From positions 64,839,110 to 64,903,109 of the forward strand of contig NC_092402.1 in NCBI RefSeq assembly GCF_030028105.1: a DNA stretch of 64,000 nt. Reading direction: 5' to 3'. The stretch is from Mobula birostris. Its lineage: Eukaryota. A program made the translations under genes and the position numbers. The notes under the pieces are model-generated. The model saw nothing but the letters and a program-made list of their open reading frames with translations. It had not been told where the DNA came from and made no database searches. Shown in pieces: positions 13,001-26,404 of the stretch (position 1 is its first letter; every line of letters starts with the position of its first letter).

Positions 13001-16000
13001 GTTTCCATGGTAACTCCGATGGTCAACTAACTGCAACCTTTTGTGCACAAAGAGATCATATGTCATATTTATTGAAGGGCCAGATCATGGACCCCGAGAG
13101 ATCAGGCTCATCCTGCCCTTACCACTAGCCAAACATTGCACCTACCCTCTGTCCACCAGAAAAAGCAGGATCTCCTGGTAACCATTCTACTTCCCATTCC
13201 CATTCTGACATGTCAGTCCATGGCCTCCTCTACTGCTGCAATGAGGCCACACTCAGGTTGGAGAAACAACACCTTATATTCAGTCCTTGGTGAAGAATTT
13301 TGAGAGCAGTGGTCAGCTTCCACCACCGACAGTTTATATGAAGCATTTCAATAACAATGAGGGATCAGACATTTAAACCTTCACATTCCGTTTCAAACAG
13401 TAATATCCTATTTGGTCCATTGACCCTTTGAGCTGGTGGGGAAGTGTGGGGATTTATTTTAATTCAAAAGGTTTATTAAAACATGATATACTTTGCCTTT
13501 TTGGCCAACAAGCTAAACATTTTATGATCAAGAACATTTTTTCTAACATTTGCATTTTAAAACAAAAATCTATTTAGCGGGTTGCATTAGAAACAGCAAT
13601 CGCTGAAGCCGAAGAACGAGGAGAGCTAAGTTTGAGAAGCGTCAAGGCTAAGATTTCTGAAAAAGATAATGAAATATTCAAGGCCAAGCAGGAAGCAGCC
13701 AAGAAAATGCATGAATACCAGGAACTAATGAACGTCAAAATTGCTCTGGATTTTGAAATTCAAACCTACAGGAAAATGCTGGAGGGAGAGGAGACCAGGT
13801 ACAAGATATTTATATTCAGTGGGAGGGGTGTGGTTCTGCAAAACCTTGTTGACTAACAATAAGAAAGCTTGTTGAAATTGCTTCCTTGTTAGAAACTATA
13901 TAACCAACACAGTGTGTTTATAAATAATATATTTATGATTTAGTTTAATGCAGTACAAAGACAAAATGCCTTGCCTTTATACATAGACAACTGACTCACA
14001 AAGGAAGTTGCCCAGAAAGACAGACAGCAGCAATATCTATGGCAAGGAATTTCCACTTTCCTATTGATAGCTGCAGAGAAGTATCATAGTGCTGAAATGC
14101 CTGGATGCAGTAGTGTTGTTAAGTTGGAGAACAGTTGAAATCATTTAAAAATTCTTGTGGGTAACAAGTCAGGAGGTAAAAATGAAACAATTCGTAAACT
14201 CACATTGTAAATGTTTTACATGCATAAAATAAAGATTTGAACAGATACATAAGATAGAAGAAAAGGAGCTGTTATTGGTTTTAATACAAATCATATTTAA
14301 TTATTTTTTAAGAAGGTAGAATTTTGAAGTAACTGAGGCACAAGATAGGTGGAGGAACAGGTAGTGTTGAGAAAGCAGGGAGTCTGCATAAGGATTGAAG
14401 AGACTAGTAAAATTGGCAAAGTGGCAGATGGAATATAGTGTAGGGAAGTGTCTGGTCATGCACTTTGGTAGAAGGAATAAAGGCATAGACTATTTTCTAA
14501 ATGGGGAGCGAATTCATAAATCAGAGGTGCAAAGGGACTTGTAAGTACCAGTGCAGAATTCCCTAAATGTTAACTTGCAGATTGAGTTGGTAGTACGGAA
14601 GGCAAATGTAATGTTGGTGTTCATTTTGAGAGGACTAGAATATAAAGGGAAAGATATAATGTTGAGGCTTTTTAAGGCATTGGGAAGACCACATTTGAAA
14701 TATTGTGAGCTGTTTTGGGCATCATTTCGAAGAAAGAATGTGCTGGCATTGGAGAAGGTCCAGGGGAGGTTTACGAAAATTATCCTGGGAACGAAAGGGT
14801 TAATGTATGAGGAGCACTTGATGGCTGTAGGCCTGTATTCACTAGAGTTTAGAAGAGTGAGGGGTGATCTCATTGAAACCATCTGAATATCGAAAGGCCT
14901 AGACAGAGTGGACGTGGAGAGGATGTTTCCAATAGTGGTTAGGTCTATGACCAAAGGGCACAACCTTGGATTGTAAGAATGTCCTTTTAGAACAGAGATA
15001 AGGAGGAATTGCTTTAGTCAGATGGTGCTGAGTCTGTGGAATTCGTTGCCACAGATGGTTGTGGAGGCCATGTCATTGGGTATATTTAAAGCAGAGGGTG
15101 ATAGGTTCTTAATTAGCAGGGGTGCAAAGGTTATGGGGAGAAGGCAGGAGAATGAGGTTGAGAGGGAAAATAAATCAGCCATGATGGAATGACAGAGTAG
15201 GTGTGATGGGTTAGTTGGTCTTATGGAATGATCATCCACACAAATAGTTATAATTAAATTTAATTACCAGGTAGGTCATTAAACAGTAATTATGGACTTC
15301 TGTGCCATCAAAAACTCATTTGTATTTCATTCAACAAGATATAAGATTTTCATGCTTTTGTTACAACTGTTTTAATCATTTTAATCTGAAAATGACATTT
15401 GGAAAATAGTGGCCTCTGTGGAAAAAAGCAGGAATCACTGGCAGCAACAGAAGGAAGAGCAGTAGATGTAGTGTATATGGATTGCGGCAAGGTATTTGAC
15501 AATGTACCCCATGCAAGGCTTATTGAGAAAGTAAGGAGGCATGGGATCCAAGGGGACATTGCTTTGTGGATCCAGAACTGGCTTTCCCACAGAAGACAAA
15601 GAGTGGTTGTAGACGGTTCATATTCTGCATGGAGGTTGGCCACCAGTGGTGTGCCTCAGGGATCTATTCTGGGACCCCTATTCTTCATGATTATTATAAA
15701 TGACCTGGATGAGGAAGTGGAGGGATGGGTTAGTAAATTTGCTGATGACACAAAGGTTGGGGGTGTTGTGGATAGTGTGGAGGGCTGTCAGAGGTCACAG
15801 TGGGACATTGATAGGATGCAAAACTGGGCTGAGTGGTGGCAGATGGAGTTCAACCCAGATAACTGTGAGGTGGTTCATTTTGGTAGGTTAAGTATGATGG
15901 CAGAATATAGTATTAATGGTGAGACTCTTGGCAGTTTGTAGAATCAGAGGGATCTTGGAGTCCGAGTCCATAGGACACTAAAAGCTGCTGTGCAGGTTGA

Positions 16001-19000
16001 CTCTGTGGTTAAGAAAGCATACGGTGCATTGGTCTTCATCAATTGTAGGACTGAGTTTAGGAGCCGGGAAGTAATGTTGCAGCTATATAGGACCCTGGTC
16101 AGACCCCACTTGGAGTACTGTGCTCAATTCTGGTCGCCTCACTACAGGAAGGACATGGAAACCATTGAAAGGGTGCAGAGGAGATTTACAAGGATATTGT
16201 CTGGATTGGGGAGCATGCCTTATGAGAATAGGTTGAGTGAACTCGGCCTTTATTCGTTGGAGTGATGGAGGATGAGAGGTGACCTGATAGAGGTGTACAA
16301 GATGATGAGAGGCATTGATCGTGTGGTTAGTCAGAGGCTTTTTCCCAGGGCTGAAATGGCTAACATGAGAGGGCACAGTTTTAAGGTGCTTGGAAGTAGG
16401 TACAGAGGAGATGTCAGGGGTAAGTTTTTTACACGGAGAGTGGTGAGTGTGTGGAATGGGCTGCCGGTGACGGTGGTGGAGGCGGATACGATAGGGTCTT
16501 TTAAGAGACTCCTGGACAGGTACATAGAGCTCAGAAAAATAGAGGGCTATGGGTAACCCTTTGGGCCGAAGAGCCTGTATCGTGCTGTAGACTTTCTATG
16601 TTTCTATTTTTCTAACTTCTAAATTTCTGCATTTTAGTGTGAATGAGGAGTCTAGAAATTGTAGTTATTTTCCTTGGGTAACACAATGAATGCGATAGTT
16701 TCATGGTCAGTGAAATGGCAAAATCGATGCCTTTTAATAATGTAAATTCTGATACTTTATGGAGCTGTTTTGTAAATTATTTCAGAAAATGATGGCTGTC
16801 CATTTGCTGTGATTGACAGATGTTTGGATTCTTAAGGGATACAGGAATGGCATAGGGTGACGAGTTGAGTAGAGGATGATCTTCTTGAATAACCGAGCAG
16901 ACAGGAGGAGCTGTGTTGCCCGCTCTTTTTTATGCTCCTTGTGATTTTGTATTCTACTCTTCTGAACCAGTAGACTGGAGTTCAGAGAAATTACTACTTC
17001 TTGTCAAAGATTCTCCTTGCCAAACAGACTTCAAGCATGTTATTTAAACCCGATGAGTTAATAGGATACATTGAGAATAACAGTAGAAATGTGAAAGTAG
17101 GGTTTGCAAAGCAGATATTTGTAGAGCTGAAGTTCAGAACATTAATTTTGGTTGTGGGTATTCTTTGAGACTATGTTGCTTCTTAAACATTGTACAGTGT
17201 TTTTCAAGCTCTACTTACATCATAAACTTTTGTTTACAGGATTGGTCAGAAACCAAAGGCAATTCTTCATCTTAACACCACACCAATGGTATCAGGTAAG
17301 TTGTTCTGCTTTGTAGTAAAATTCAGCTCATACTCAAGCCAAACCCAACATAGGATTGAGCCATAAGGAAGAACTCATTCAGCGTCATGAACTCATTGTC
17401 CCCAAGACTTGGCGGTGGCAAGGTAAAGAAACAACACACATTTGCCCCTCCTGAGCTCTTTTTCATCATGCTTGGTGGTTCTCTGGGTACAGAAAGGATG
17501 TCATTAAGCTGGAAACGATGCAAAAAACATTCATAAAGGTGTTAACTGAACTGGAGAGCTTGATTTATAAGGTGAGACTGGATAATTATTTCAATGGTAA
17601 AAGATTGCAGCATGCTGCTGTGCAGAAGGACTTGGCAGCGCTTGTGCATGAATCACAGAAGGTTGGTTTGCAGGTGCAGCAGGCTATCAAGAAGGCAAAT
17701 GGAATATCGACCTTCATTGCTAGAGGGCTTTAATTTAAGCGCAGGGAGGTTACACTGCAACTGTACAGGGTACTGGTGAGGCTGCACCTGGAGTACTGCA
17801 TGCAGTTCTGGTCTCCTTACTTGATAGATAGATAGATAGATAGATATACTTTATTAATCCTGAGGGAAATTTGGTTTTGCTACAGCCGCACCAACCAAGA
17901 ATAGAGCATAAATATAGCAATATAAAAAACCTCAACAATCAAACACCAAAATGCAAACTATGCCAGATGGAAAATAAGTCCAGGACCAGTCTATTGGCTC
18001 TTGAGCTCTTGTCTATTGAGGAAGGATATACTGGCTTTGGAGGTGGTGCAGAGGAGGTTCACCAGGTTGATTACAGAGATGAGGGGGTTAGACTATGAGG
18101 AGAGATTGAGTCACCTGGGACTGTACTTGCTGGAATTTAGAATGAGAGGAGATCTTACAGAAACATATGAAATTATGAAAAGGATAGATAAGATAGAGGT
18201 AGGAAAGTTGTCTCCATTGGTAGGTGAGACTAAAACTAGGGGACATAGTCTCAAGATTCAGGGGAGTAGATTTAGGACGGAGATGAGGATGAACTGTTTT
18301 TCCAGAGAGTGGTGAATCTGTGGAATTCTCTGCCCGATGAAGCAGTGGAGGCTACCTCAGTAAGTATATTTAAGACAAGGTTGGATAGATTTCTGCATAG
18401 TAGGGGAACTAAGGGATATGGGGGAAAGGCAGGTATGTGGAGATGAGTCCATGGCCAGATCAGCCATGATCTTATTGAATGGCAGAGCAGGCTTAACGGG
18501 CCAGATGGTCTACTCCTGCTCCTATTTCTTATGTTCTTAATGTTCTTCTAAGTTGTAACTTTATTCCCTGTAGCATAGAAGGCCAAGGGGTGACCTTTCA
18601 GAGTTTCATAAAATCACAAAGAGCATAGATAAGGTGAATGGTCATAGCCTTTATCCCAAAGTAAGGGAGTCTAAAATTCAAGGACAGAGGTTTAAGGTGA
18701 GGGTAATGAGTTAAAAGGGATCCAAAGGGTGACCTTTTCCACACAGGTGGTGGGTGTATGGAAGGAGCTGCCAGAGGAAGTGAGAGAGGTGGAGAAAATT
18801 ACAATGTTTAAAAAACAGACAGTAAACTCCAGAGGAGTATGGGCCAAATGTGGAGAAACGGGATCAGCTCAAGTATACACTTGGTCAGCCTGAATGGGTT
18901 GGGCCAAAGGGCCTGGGTTATGCTGTGTGTCTCTAAACCCTCAGTGGCCCCTGGTGTCTAACCACCAGGGACATGGCTGAGAGTCTGGGAGGCTATCTTG

Positions 19001-19296
19001 TAAGTGTCAGACCAGGCCAAGAAAGTGAAAAGGGAATGCAGTTACATGAGGCAGAAGAGAAATTACACAAAAATAAAGCTATAATAGCTTTTGATTTCTC
19101 TGTGAACATTCATGAATTAACCTTTTCTACTTCATTTCCTCTAGACTTTGGAAGTTCCAGTTCATCATATTCCAGAAGTTATTCAACTGAGCACCAGGAA
19201 GTCGCAGGGAATATGCAAAATTTCTCCAGTGGCTCAACTGGAAGGAAAGCAGTCATGGTGAAAACAGTTCAGGCAGTTGAAAGAAAAACAAATTGA
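789..19296 (+). CDS. Type II keratin (K8-like), gene 1; 9 exons, 447 aa
   Basis: Exons 789-1046, 1806-2014, 7516-7576, 7659-7754, 9869-10033, 10803-10928, 13578-13798, 17240-17295, 19145-19296. All introns are GT-AG and the phases join into a 1344-nt open frame. Motifs: [33 protein letters not shown] and [26 protein letters not shown]. Confidence 0.93.
1100..1660 (-). mobile_element. Degenerate L2-like LINE 3' end (gene 1 intron 1)
   Basis: TTTATTTATATAGCACCTTTCATACA terminus next to (AAT)n, typical of L2 3' ends. Confidence 0.45.
1806..2014 (+). CDS. Gene 1 exon 2 (209 nt)
   Basis: CAG|[21 protein letters not shown]..., donor CA|GTATGT. Confidence 0.93.
2285..3580 (+). mobile_element. CR1-type LINE, 5'-truncated (RT + 3' UTR)
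   Basis: [26 protein letters not shown], (F)[16 protein letters not shown]; stops and frameshifts. Confidence 0.9.
5157..5820 (-). mobile_element. CR1-type LINE 3' end
   Basis: ORF 5255-5638 ([34 protein letters not shown]); (AACATAGA)n tail. Confidence 0.9.
6396..6938 (+). mobile_element. Non-autonomous Tc1-like DNA transposon
   Basis: TACACTC...GAGTGTA termini; transposase HTH remnant [13 protein letters not shown]...ADLLGFS...RVYREW. Confidence 0.8.
7516..7576 (+). CDS. Gene 1 exon 3 (61 nt)
   Basis: [20 protein letters not shown]; AAG|GTATGT. Confidence 0.92.
7659..7754 (+). CDS. Gene 1 exon 4 (96 nt)
   Basis: [32 protein letters not shown]; GAG|GTAACA. Confidence 0.9.
8403..9205 (+). 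mobile_element. Penelope-like element 3' part (GIY-YIG endonuclease), inserted in a CR1 3' UTR fragment
   Basis: [29 protein letters not shown]; 13-bp TSD CCTGCCTTCTCCC at 8390-8402 and 9206-9218. Confidence 0.88.
9869..10033 (+). CDS. Gene 1 exon 5 (165 nt)
   Basis: [30 protein letters not shown]...YKSK; AAG|GTAAAG. Confidence 0.92.
10803..10928 (+). CDS. Gene 1 exon 6 (126 nt)
   Basis: [22 protein letters not shown]...LKNQ; CAG|GTAATG. Confidence 0.92.
11955..12870 (-). mobile_element. Degenerate Penelope-like element
   Basis: Homologous to 8403-9205 ([17 protein letters not shown]; hammerhead tail). Confidence 0.8.
12016..12051 (-). ncRNA. Minimal type I hammerhead ribozyme (PLE-associated)
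   Basis: Reverse complement AGTC-CTGATGA-AGGGTCTCAGCCT-GAAA-CATC-GACT. Confidence 0.6.
13578..13798 (+). CDS. Gene 1 exon 7 (221 nt, helix termination motif)
   Basis: [16 protein letters not shown]...[11 protein letters not shown]; AG|GTACAA. Confidence 0.94.
14330..15230 (+). mobile_element. Degenerate CR1-type LINE 3' part
   Basis: [28 protein letters not shown]. Confidence 0.85.
15450..16615 (+). mobile_element. CR1-type LINE (RT + 3' end), same family as 2285-3580
   Basis: [30 protein letters not shown]; TTTCTATG tail. Confidence 0.9.
17240..17295 (+). CDS. Gene 1 exon 8 (56 nt)
   Basis: TTTACAG|G...[18 protein letters not shown]...CAG|GTAAG; phases 2 to 1 fit. Confidence 0.82.
17480..18935 (+). 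mobile_element. CR1 fragments, with a minus-strand Rex1-like 3' end inserted at ~17823-17999
   Basis: CR1 frame ...WSPYL|LRKDILALE is interrupted by a (GATA)n-tailed fragment homologous to 20196-20350. Confidence 0.78.
19145..19296 (+). CDS. Gene 1 exon 9 (tail, stop TGA)
   Basis: Polypyrimidine tract + TAG acceptor; [12 protein letters not shown]...[18 protein letters not shown]. Confidence 0.85.
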
Positions 19297-19774
19297 AAAC
19301 AGCAAATGGTGACCAGTTTTAAACACAATGTACCAAATAAGAAGTAACAACACACATAAAGAAACTTCCTTTTAATTATAATAATCAAGACAACTCATTC
19401 TTCTCTCCATTTCATTAGTGTGAGTTACACATGTGGTTAGTATCTTCCTGGGCTAAAATTGTTAAATCAATTCCATTGCCATTTTTCCTCATGCCATTTC
19501 ATCCTTCAGGGCTTTATGGTAATACTGGATATTAATAATCTTTGTCAGAATCAGAAAAATTAAAATGTTCCGAAATAATTGACCATCAAATTCTCTGAAT
19601 AGAATATTAAATCGTAAAAAACTTACAGTGATTGTATCAAGGGAAGAATGAAAAGATAATTATACTTTCACTGGGCTATTCTTTGATCGAAATTCTTAAG
19701 ATTGCTTCTGAGTGTCAATTAAATGTAAACACTGATGCTTCATGTTATATTAACTTGCAACTTTGCCTTCGTAT

Positions 19775-19780
19775 AATAAA
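19775..19780 (+). terminator. Candidate polyadenylation signal of gene 1
   Basis: AATAAA ~480 nt after the stop; ATTAAA variants occur earlier. Confidence 0.5.
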
Positions 19781-20195
19781 CTTCATTCCAATGACAAACT
19801 TCTGTTGAATGCATCACAAATGTACACAAGAAAAGTGCGTGATGCACTCACTCGGACCACTAGTTATTGTAGAACATCAAAGTCAAATATATTGTCCTAC
19901 GCACAAGTACATGTGTGCACAGGTGCAATGAAAAACTCACTTGTAGCAGTATCAGGAGCACACAGGACTAGAAACGCAACATTCTTAAGAAAATTCAGAA
20001 TCACAATTTTCATGACTTACTTATATGATGTGAAATTTGTTGTTTTCTGACGGTAGCATAATGCAAAGACATAAAATTACTGCAAATTACAAAAAAATGT
20101 TAAGGGTGCATGGAGAAGATATATTACAAAAAAGGTTATACAAGTAAAAAAAAACACAATTAGAAAAAATAAGCTGTGAGCTTTTTTCTGACATA

Positions 20196-21060
20196 TAGTC
20201 ATAGTCATAGTCATACTTTACTGATCCTGGGGGAAATTGGTTTTTGTTACAGTTGCACCATAAATAATTAAATAGTAATAAAACCATAAATAGTTAAATA
20301 GTAATATGTAAATTATGCCAGGAAATAAGTCCAGGACCAGCCTATTGGCTCAGGGTGTCTGACCCTCCAAGGGAGGAGTTGTAAAGTTTGATGGCCACAG
20401 GCAGGAATGACTTCCTATGACGCTCAGTGTTGCATCTCGGTGGAATGAGTCTCTGGCTGAATGTACTCCTGTGCCCACCCAGTACATTATGTAGTGGATG
20501 GGAGACATTGTCCAAGATGGCATGCAACTTGGACAGCATCCTCTTTTCAGACACCACCGTCAGAGAGTCCAGTTCCATCCCCACAACATCTCTGGCCTTA
20601 GGAATGAGTTTGTTGATTCTGTTGGTGTCTGCTACCCTCAGCCTGTTGCCCCAGCACACAACAAAAAAACATGATCGCACTGGCCACCACAGACTCGTAG
20701 AACATCCTCAGCCTCGTCAGGCAGATGTTAAAGGACCTCAGTCTCCTCAGGAAATAGAGATGGCTCTGACCCTTCTTGTAGACAGCCTCAGTGTTCTTTG
20801 ACCAGTCCAGTTTATTGTCAATTCGTATCCCCAGGTATTTGTAATCCTCCACCATGTCCACACTGACCCCCTGGATAGAAACGGGGGTCACTGGTACCTT
20901 AGCTCTCCTCAGGTCTACCACCAGCTCCTTAGTCTTTCTCACATTAAGCTGCAGATAATTCTGCTCACACCATGTGACAAAGTTTCCCACTGTAGCCCTG
21001 TACTCAGCCTCCTCTCCCTTGCTGATGCATCCAACTATGGCAGGGTCATCAGAAAACTTC
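20196..21060 (-). mobile_element. Rex1/Babar-like LINE, RT and 3' end
   Basis: KFSDD, LQLNVRKTKELVVD, YKYLGIRIDNKLDW, LYFLRRLRSF; (ATAGTC)n tail. Confidence 0.85.
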
Positions 21061-21064
21061 AAAC

Positions 21065-22280
21065 CTCCAAGTTCAAATTTATTATCAAGATACACGCACT
21101 GTATGTCACCATATATAACCCTGAGATCCATTTTCTTGCAGACATTCAGAGTAAATACAAAGAAACACAATAGAATCAATGAAAAACTGCACCTAACAAG
21201 ATGGACAAACAACCAATATGCAAAAGACATCAAACCATGCAAATGCAAAAAGAAAAAAAATGACTTACATGGACATAATGGGTCAAATGTGCCATAAATT
21301 TCTATGATTCTATATCAAAGAAATTCATACATAGCTCAGCAGAGCCAAAAACTTTATGAATTCAGGAAATTTGCAATTGTATCCTTTTCTGAAGCCAATA
21401 TACTATACATTTGTTGCCCAAATGAACTGAAGAGGTTTTGTGTTGTCGATATTTGTTTTGAGAATGAAAGGAGAGCTTAAAAGTCAAAGAAGAACCATTG
21501 GCTTTTGTGCCTAGTAGCAGTAGTGTCCATCACCATGGACCCCCACCATTCAGGCCATCTTCTCTTCTCACTACTACCATCAGGCAGAAGATACAGGAAC
21601 CTTAGATCTCATGCCACCAGGTTCAGGAAGAGTTATTACCCTGCAACCAACAAGCTCGTAAACTAGTGTGGATAACTTTGTTCACCTCAACACTGAAAAA
21701 ACTGACTGTACAAAGTTCAAAGTAAATTTATTATCAAAGTACATATATGTCACCATATGCAACTCAGATTCATTTTCTTGCAGGCATACTCAATAAATCC
21801 ATAATAGAATAATAACCATAATAGAATCAATGAAAGACCACACCAACTTGGACATACAACCACTGTGCAAAAGACAGCAAACTGTACAAATACAAAAATA
21901 AAGAAATAATAATAATAAATAACCAATATATATTGAGAACATTGGTGTATACATTCCAGTCTGTAAAGCAGCCAGTCAATATACTCTCCTCTACACATCT
22001 ATAGAAGTTTGTCAAAGTTTTAGATGTCATGCCGAATCTTTGCAAAGTCCTAAGGAAGTAGAGGTGCTGATGTGCTTTCTTCCTCATTGCACTTATGTGC
22101 TGGGCCCAGGACAGGTCATCTGTTGAGGACTGGCTCATGGACCTCTGGTTTCCTCCTCCTGAAGTCAATAATCAGCTCCTTGGTCTTGCTGACATTGAGT
22201 AAGAGGTTGTTGAGATGACTCTACTCAGACAGGTTTTCAATCTCCCTGATTCATCACCACCTTTGATCTGACCTACAACA
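21065..22280. mobile_element. Rex1/L2-like LINE fragments in both orientations
   Basis: DDLSWAQH...HLYFLRTL...TNFYRCVEESILTGC; AAGTTCAA/TTTATTATCAA termini. Confidence 0.65.
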
Positions 22281-23921
22281 ATATGAAGGTATCTAATACA
22301 GAGGCCACCGAGTATATATGCAAGTTCTTGACTTCAACTGATTCTGTATATTTGAGCATCCTAATATTGCTTTGGGTTTCTATTTTGCCTCTTGAAGATA
22401 GCTGTGATTTTTGAGATTTTGTTTAAAGTCAGTTGCATTTCTGCACAGTCATGCATTTGAGTCACATCAGTCAAGTGTATGGTGAATGGATGGTGATCAT
22501 CTGCAGTTGTGCGCCTTCCAGATGGGGTCACTACAATAACCAGAACTGAAGCTACCAAATTCATTTTATAGGCATATGCTAATCCCTTCTCAATATCTAG
22601 TTATTAATTCCTGGGATCATCTTGATCTTGACTTGTGTCTTGGTACACATTGCAACGTATTCAAAACCAATTTCAAATCTGCAGGATGTGTCTCAAATAT
22701 GGATTGTAAATGGCAACTGTTGCTTATGATTAGAGCCAAGCTTGATTATGAATGTATTTAGTTTTCTACTTATAATGACACAGAATGGTGCCACTCGTTC
22801 CATCAGGTCTAACAGCTACCATGGAAGCAATCCTATTACCTTCAGCTTTCTTTTCATTATTTCTTCATACTCCTCTCTCTCAGTTGTGTCCATCCATTCC
22901 CCTTTGATTCTTTTTGCCATTAACCTACACGAAGGGGTAATTTCATGTAAGTAGCAATCAATCGAGAGGAACTCATAAATTCAAATCAAATAAACCAGGT
23001 GGATGCATTTAGCAAAACAAATCAAAATCCACTTAATTTTTTTCCACTGACTAAAAGGAAGCTGCAAACAATAAGTTTTAATAAGTATTGTCAAAAAAAA
23101 CACAAGAATGTGAGAAGTAGGACCATGACTGTTATCATACAACTCTTCCATTCAATAAAATTGTGGCCGATCTGATCTTTGCCCCTAATCTGCTTTGCTG
23201 CCCAATCCTCAAAATCTTTGAATCCCCTATAACCCTATCTTAGTCTTCAGTGTAGAACTGGGGAGGTGCAGCTCAGTTGATCAAGTCTAGGCCAATCATT
23301 CCAATCATTAATCCTATCCTAACTTGTTTTATTTTCCCAACAACACTCCCCAGAGTCTACAACTCACCTAAACTCTAGGAGCAATTTGCAGTAGCCAACA
23401 AACCTATCAGCCTCTATGTCAATAAGACATAAGACAAAAGAGCAGAGTTAGGCCATTCGGCCCATGAAATCTGCTCTACCATTTCATCATGGCTGATGTA
23501 CTTCCCTCTCAACCCCATTCTCCTGTAACCTTTCATGCCCTGACTAATCATGAACCAATCAACCTCTGCTTGGCCTCCACAGCCACCTGTGGAACACCAG
23601 CAGTCATTGGGAGCTAATCAGAAAAGGCTCCATTTGCCTCCTGCCAATTAGCCAATGCTCTCTCCGTGCAAGTATCTTTCCTGTAATACCATGGGCTCTT
23701 ATCTTGTTAAGCAGCCTTAAGTTTGGCACCATGTTAAAGGCCTACAGAAAATCCAAGTACACAACCTTCACTGATTCTCCTTTGTCTATCCTGCTTGTTA
23801 CTTCCTCAAAGAATTCCAACAGATTTGTCGGGCAAGATTTCCTCTTAAGGAAACCATGCTGACTATGGCCTATTTTATCATGTGCCTCCAAGTATCCAGA
23901 AACCTCATCCTTAATAATTGA

Positions 23922-24492
23922 CTTCCTTGGTGTCCACATTTCCGAGGATCTCACCTGGTCCCTGAACTTCTCCATCCTGATCAAAAAGGTGCAACAGCGC
24001 CTTTATTTCCTGCGGAGCATCAAGAAAGCTCACCTCTGTCCCAGGATACTGATGGACTTTTACCGCTGTACCATTGAGAGCATACTCACCAACTGCATCT
24101 CAGTGTGGTATGGCAATTGTCCCGTATCAGACCGCAAAGCACTCCAGCGGATTATCGGCACCCAATTGCCCACTATTGAGAACGTCTACCATAAACGCTG
24201 CCTGGGCAGGGTGAAGAGCATTATCAGGGATGCATCTCACCCTAACCATGGACTTTTTACTCTCCTCCCATCCGGTAGGCGCTACAGGAGCCTCCGCTCC
24301 CACACCAGCAGGCACAGGAAGAGCTTCTTCCCTAAGGCTGTGACCCTGCGGAACCTCTCATCACAGCGCTAAGCAGTATCGCACCCATAGTGTACTGTCT
24401 CAGTACTTTCATATTTGTGTGCTGTAGCACTTGCTTTTTATTCGCAGTTATTTTGTAAATAACACTATTCTTTGCATTTCTGGTCAGATGCA
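23922..24492 (+). mobile_element. Rex1-like LINE 3' end nested in CR1
   Basis: QQRLYFLRSIKKA...FYRCTIESILTNCISVWYG...HPNHGLFTLLPSGRRYRS. Confidence 0.82.
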
Positions 24493-25662
24493 GAATAGCT
24501 GATCCCCTTGTGGGCTCAACCACAAACTGCTCTAAAAAGCAATCTTGTAGGTATTCTACAAATGATCTCTCTTGGGATCCAGTACCAACTGATTTTCCCA
24601 ATCTACCTGCATATTGAAATCCATGCATTTTCTGCCTTCCGTTGTAATTTGTAGCTTACATCCTGGCTACTGTTTGGAAACCTGTATAAAACTCCCATCA
24701 GGATCTTTTTATCCTTGCAGTTTCTTAACTCAACCCACAAGGATTCTACATTTTCTGATCCTATGTCACATCTTTCTAAAGATTTGATTTCATTTTTCAT
24801 GAAGAGCCACACCACCCCTCTGCCTCCCTACCTGTCTGTCCATTCGATACAATGTGTATCCTTGAATGTTAAGTTCATTACTATAATCTTCTTTCAGCCA
24901 CCACTCAGCGATGCCCACAATGTCGTACCTGCCAATCTCTAACCGCACTACAAGATCATTGACCTTTTTCTGTGCACTGCGTGCATTCAAATATAACATC
25001 TTCAGTCCTGTATTCATCACCCTTTTCAATTTTGCTCCATTGTTACACTCCAACTCATTCCACTGACTGCAATTTTGCCCTATCATCTGCCTGTTCTCTC
25101 TGACAGTCTCACCACACACTGCCTCTGCTTGTATACCAACAGCCCCCACGCTCAGCCCTATCACTCCGGTTCCCATACCCCTGCCCAATTAGTTTAAAAA
25201 GTCGCCAATAGCTCTGGCAAACCTGCCTGTAAGGATATCGGTCCCCAATCAGTTCAAGTGTAATGCGTCCCTTTTGTACAAGTTATACTTTCCCCAGAAG
25301 AGATCTCAATGATCCAAAAATTTGAAGCCATGCCCCCTGCACCAGTTTCTCAGCAATGCATTCATCTTCCAAATTATCCAATTCTTACCCTCACTGGGGC
25401 ATGGCACTGGCAGCAATCTAGAGACTACCACCCTTGAAGTCCTGCTTTTCAGCTTTCTAGCTAGCTCACTATATTCTCTCTTGAGAATCTCCTCACTTTT
25501 CCTTCCAAAGTCAATAGTGCCAATATGTACCAAGATCTCTGACTGCTCACACTCCCCATTTAGAATGCTGTTGACCCGATATTATACATCCCTGACCCTG
25601 GCACCAGGGAGGCAATTTACCATTTGGGCGTCTCTATTGCATCCACAAAATCTTGTAGCTAC

Positions 25663-26118
25663 TGTCACAACCACGGACTCTGCTGTAGGGTCTACGCGCC
25701 CCCGCAGGCAGCCGCAGCAAATTTCACAATGGCACTCATGAATATGCGTGTGTCAATTAATTACTATTTCATTAGGGTGCTACTTAACTCCCTTCTTTTT
25801 GTTGTAGTTTTGTCGAGACTTGAGCAAAGCACAGCAACGTTATACTGTCTGCTTACATTTGGCCTCGCCTGAGAAAGTGGGCTATCGATTCGATTGACTC
25901 TGGAGACTGGCGCAACTCGTTTTATATTTAGATATTCCTTTCAGCCGCAGAGTTAGCATCTCGTTTTCCATTTGAGAGTTCTAGTAAATGGCCCTGTTTG
26001 GCCCAGCGTTTATTGCTTTCTTTCCCTTTAAGATCCTGCTCGCTTTAAAGTCTGTGAACTATCAACCCGCTTCAGTATCTCTTTCCCTGCACTTGGGCCG
26101 TATCTGAACGTTTTGATA
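25663..26118 (+). mobile_element. Probable solo LTR nested in CR1 ORF1
   Basis: TGTCAC...TGATA termini, CpG-rich, TATA-like and AGTAAA signals; it splits CR1 ORF1. Confidence 0.5.
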
Positions 26119-26404
26119 TCTACTGCTCTAACTATGGAATACCCAATCACTACTACGGTCCTCTTCTCCCCCCTTGCCTTCTGAGCCACAGCACCAGAGT
26201 CGGTGCCAGAGCCCTGGTCCCCACCCCTCTGGTACATCTATGTCTGTGGGGGAAGCCAGGCCACACAGCTGCAACCTGCATCATCACACAGACAGCATGC
26301 AACCTCTACATAAATACTACCTTAGAAATAGGTAAAAGTTTCCTTCTATTCACCTCATCTATAATTTTAGTTGTACATATGTCCCTCAGCCACCTCTGCT
26401 CCAA

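Larger units (their letters stand above)
23430..26240 (-). mobile_element. Fragmented near-full-length CR1 (ORF1 SGNH esterase, endonuclease, RT), interrupted by later insertions
   Basis: VVVIGYSIVR (GDSL-like), VHIGT.D...LKSRTSRVVVS.LLPVP...WCRGHGFKFLDH, LYLNARS, QHGFLKRKSC. Confidence 0.8.
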